A DNA stretch of 64,000 nucleotides, taken from Okamejei kenojei. Taxonomy: Eukaryota. A model generated the notes under the pieces. It searched no databases. It was given only the letters and a program-made list of their open reading frames with translations, and was not told the DNA's origin. The position numbers and the translations under genes are program-made. Location: contig CM069135.1 of the NCBI GenBank assembly GCA_035221665.1, positions 63,922,001-63,986,000 of the forward strand. The letters run 5' to 3'. How positions within the stretch are numbered: position 1 is the first letter of the stretch; each line of letters begins with the position of its first letter. This document shows, piece after piece, positions 62,226 through 64,000 of the stretch.

Positions 62226-64000
62226 CACTAACTGAGGCAACTATTACACATATATACCAAAAAAGGATAAAGATCTGGAAGACCCAGTCTCATATAGAGC
62301 TATTGCACTCCTAAATACAGACCAAAAAATATCAGCAAAGACCCTAGCGAGAAGATTGGGTAAATATATTAGTAAATTAATAAATCCGGACCAAACAGGG
62401 TTTATACCAAAGAGATACTCATTTAACAATTTGAGACGGCTGTCTAATATAATGTACTCACATAATACTGAAGAAGAACTAGCAATTATTTCATTGGATG
62501 CAGAAAAAGCTTTCGATCAAGTAGAATGGCCATATTTATTCAAAGTATTGTAAAAATTTAACACAGGAGATAATTTTATTTCATGGGTAAAATTATTATA
62601 CGATAAGCCGACGGCTAGAATACTGACTAATAATATATTATCCCCGAAATTCCAATAATAGGCAGGGGTGCGCGTTATCGCCCCTGCTATTTACACTAGT
62701 GATAGAGCCTTTAGCTGAAAGTATAAGAAGTCATCCGAATATTCATGGATATAATACCAAACACTCAAATAATAAAATTTCATTATATGCAGACGGCATA
62801 TTATTATATATTATAAATTTGCAAATTAGCATACCAAATATACTAAATTTAATAGAGGAATTTGGTTCTTTTTCAGGATATAGAATAAATTGGAACAAAG
62901 GCGAAATTATGACGATAAAACCTCAAGAGTCGACACATTTGTTGAAATTCCCTTTTAGAATTACAACAGGAAAATGTAAGTATTTGGGCATTCATATTAC
63001 TAGGAACTATAAATCATTACTTAATGCAAACTATATGCCTTTATTAACTAAATTAAATGGGTTGATTAAATTTTGGAAAACACTGCCGATGTCTTTAATA
63101 GGCAGAAAAAATGCGATAAAAATGATCTTCTTACTACAAATATTGTACCTATTTCAATCAATACCAATATACTTAACTAAAAAATTCTTTAAAAAACTAG
63201 ATTCTGATATTATAAATTTCATATGGGATTATAAATCACACAGAATTTAAAAAAAAAAAAAACACTTGTGTAAATCTAAAGAATCAGGGGGACTGACACT
63301 CCCTAACTTATTGTATTATTATTGGGCAGTGAATATTAAAAATATAATCTACTGGTTGGACAGTTCTGCCCAACAGGTAGATTGGATAAGAATGGAGAAA
63401 GAGGAATGTACCCTTATAATATAGGAGCGATCCTTCTTTCCCCGATAAAACTGAACAATATAATATGAGAAGAATCCAATTATTCATAGTATAATACGAA
63501 TTTGGAAACAAATAAAACTAACTTTAAAATTAAGAAAATTATCGCTTCTTCTCCAATAGCTAATAATCCTTCATTCAAACCATCTATTATTGATAAAACG
63601 TTTATCCATTGGGAAAGAATAGGAATCAAAACGATGGGAGATATGTATGAAATGGGAAAATTTTTATCATTCCAACAATTACAACTAAAATATAATTTGA
63701 AAAGTAATCAATAATTCAAATACCTTCAAATTCAAGATTATTTGAAAAAGTATATACAAGGATATCAAACTTCAACCCCAGATTTATTGGAGGAAAGGAA
63801 TGAATAGATGAAGGCAGAATCAAGCAATTTAATATCTTACATATAATATAATTCTAAATATAGAAAACACCAACGACAGACGCAATTAGAAGGGACTGGG
63901 AACAAGAGTTATTGATAAAAATTCCGAACGATAGATGGGATAAAAATTTATTATATGTAAACAAATGCTCAATGAATGTAAGACACAACCTAATTCAATT

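Larger units (their letters stand above)
2270..64000 (-). other. SUPT3H: Large SUPT3H intron upstream of this exon (the RUNX2 P1-containing intron in other vertebrates)
   Basis: No preceding SUPT3H exon (...ELQSM) or other host exon recognised between 2270 and the window end; SUPT3H/RUNX2 overlap is established in vertebrates. Confidence 0.7.
55494..64000 (+). mobile_element. L1-clade LINE ORF2 pseudogene (APE endonuclease + RT), interrupted by DIRS, an unclassified insert and a gap
   Basis: SWNIRG...IIFLQETHL...NIYAPN...GGDLNCVL|DPYLDKS...IDYFL...SDHSP; FEFGDKPHKLLA; SYRAIALLNTDQK, DQTGFI, SLDAEKAFD, RQGCALSPLLF, LYADG. Confidence 0.95.

Noticed and set aside
61926-62240. ORFs spanning the N run
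   Set aside because: Artefacts of the assembly gap.
2270-64000. RUNX2 P1 exon (MASNS) or the preceding SUPT3H exon
   Set aside because: Searched by eye for ATGGC(A/G)TC(A/G)AACAG and for an ELQSM-type exon with a donor site; neither was found. They probably lie beyond the window.

Overview
AT-rich, repeat-dense vertebrate DNA. The repeat spectrum (CR1 LINEs, HE1-type V-SINEs, a Deu-domain SINE, abundant Penelope terminal repeats) suggests a cartilaginous fish, probably a skate or ray; this is an inference. The only host coding sequence found is one 85-bp minus-strand exon of SUPT3H (2185-2269, [28 protein letters not shown]). Everything to its right therefore appears to be the large SUPT3H intron that holds the RUNX2 P1 promoter and upstream enhancers in other vertebrates; no RUNX2 exon was seen. 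The intron carries two near-complete IR/DR Tc1 transposons in opposite orientation, many CR1, Rex1/Babar and RTEX-like LINE fragments, Penelope-like fragments and hairpins with minimal hammerhead-ribozyme cores, several MITEs with atypical TSD lengths, and a 7-kb stack of nested insertions. It also holds a structurally complete DIRS1-type tyrosine-recombinase retrotransposon (ITRs, ICR, gag/RT/RNaseH/methylase/YR) integrated at a TTTTA core inside an L1 endonuclease. The most notable details are a 28-bp TIR-only palindrome with an 8-bp TSD (possible P-element excision footprint), the hammerhead-bearing Penelope hairpins, the reconstructable DIRS integration site and candidate RUNX2 enhancers. 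Coordinates of degraded repeats are approximate.
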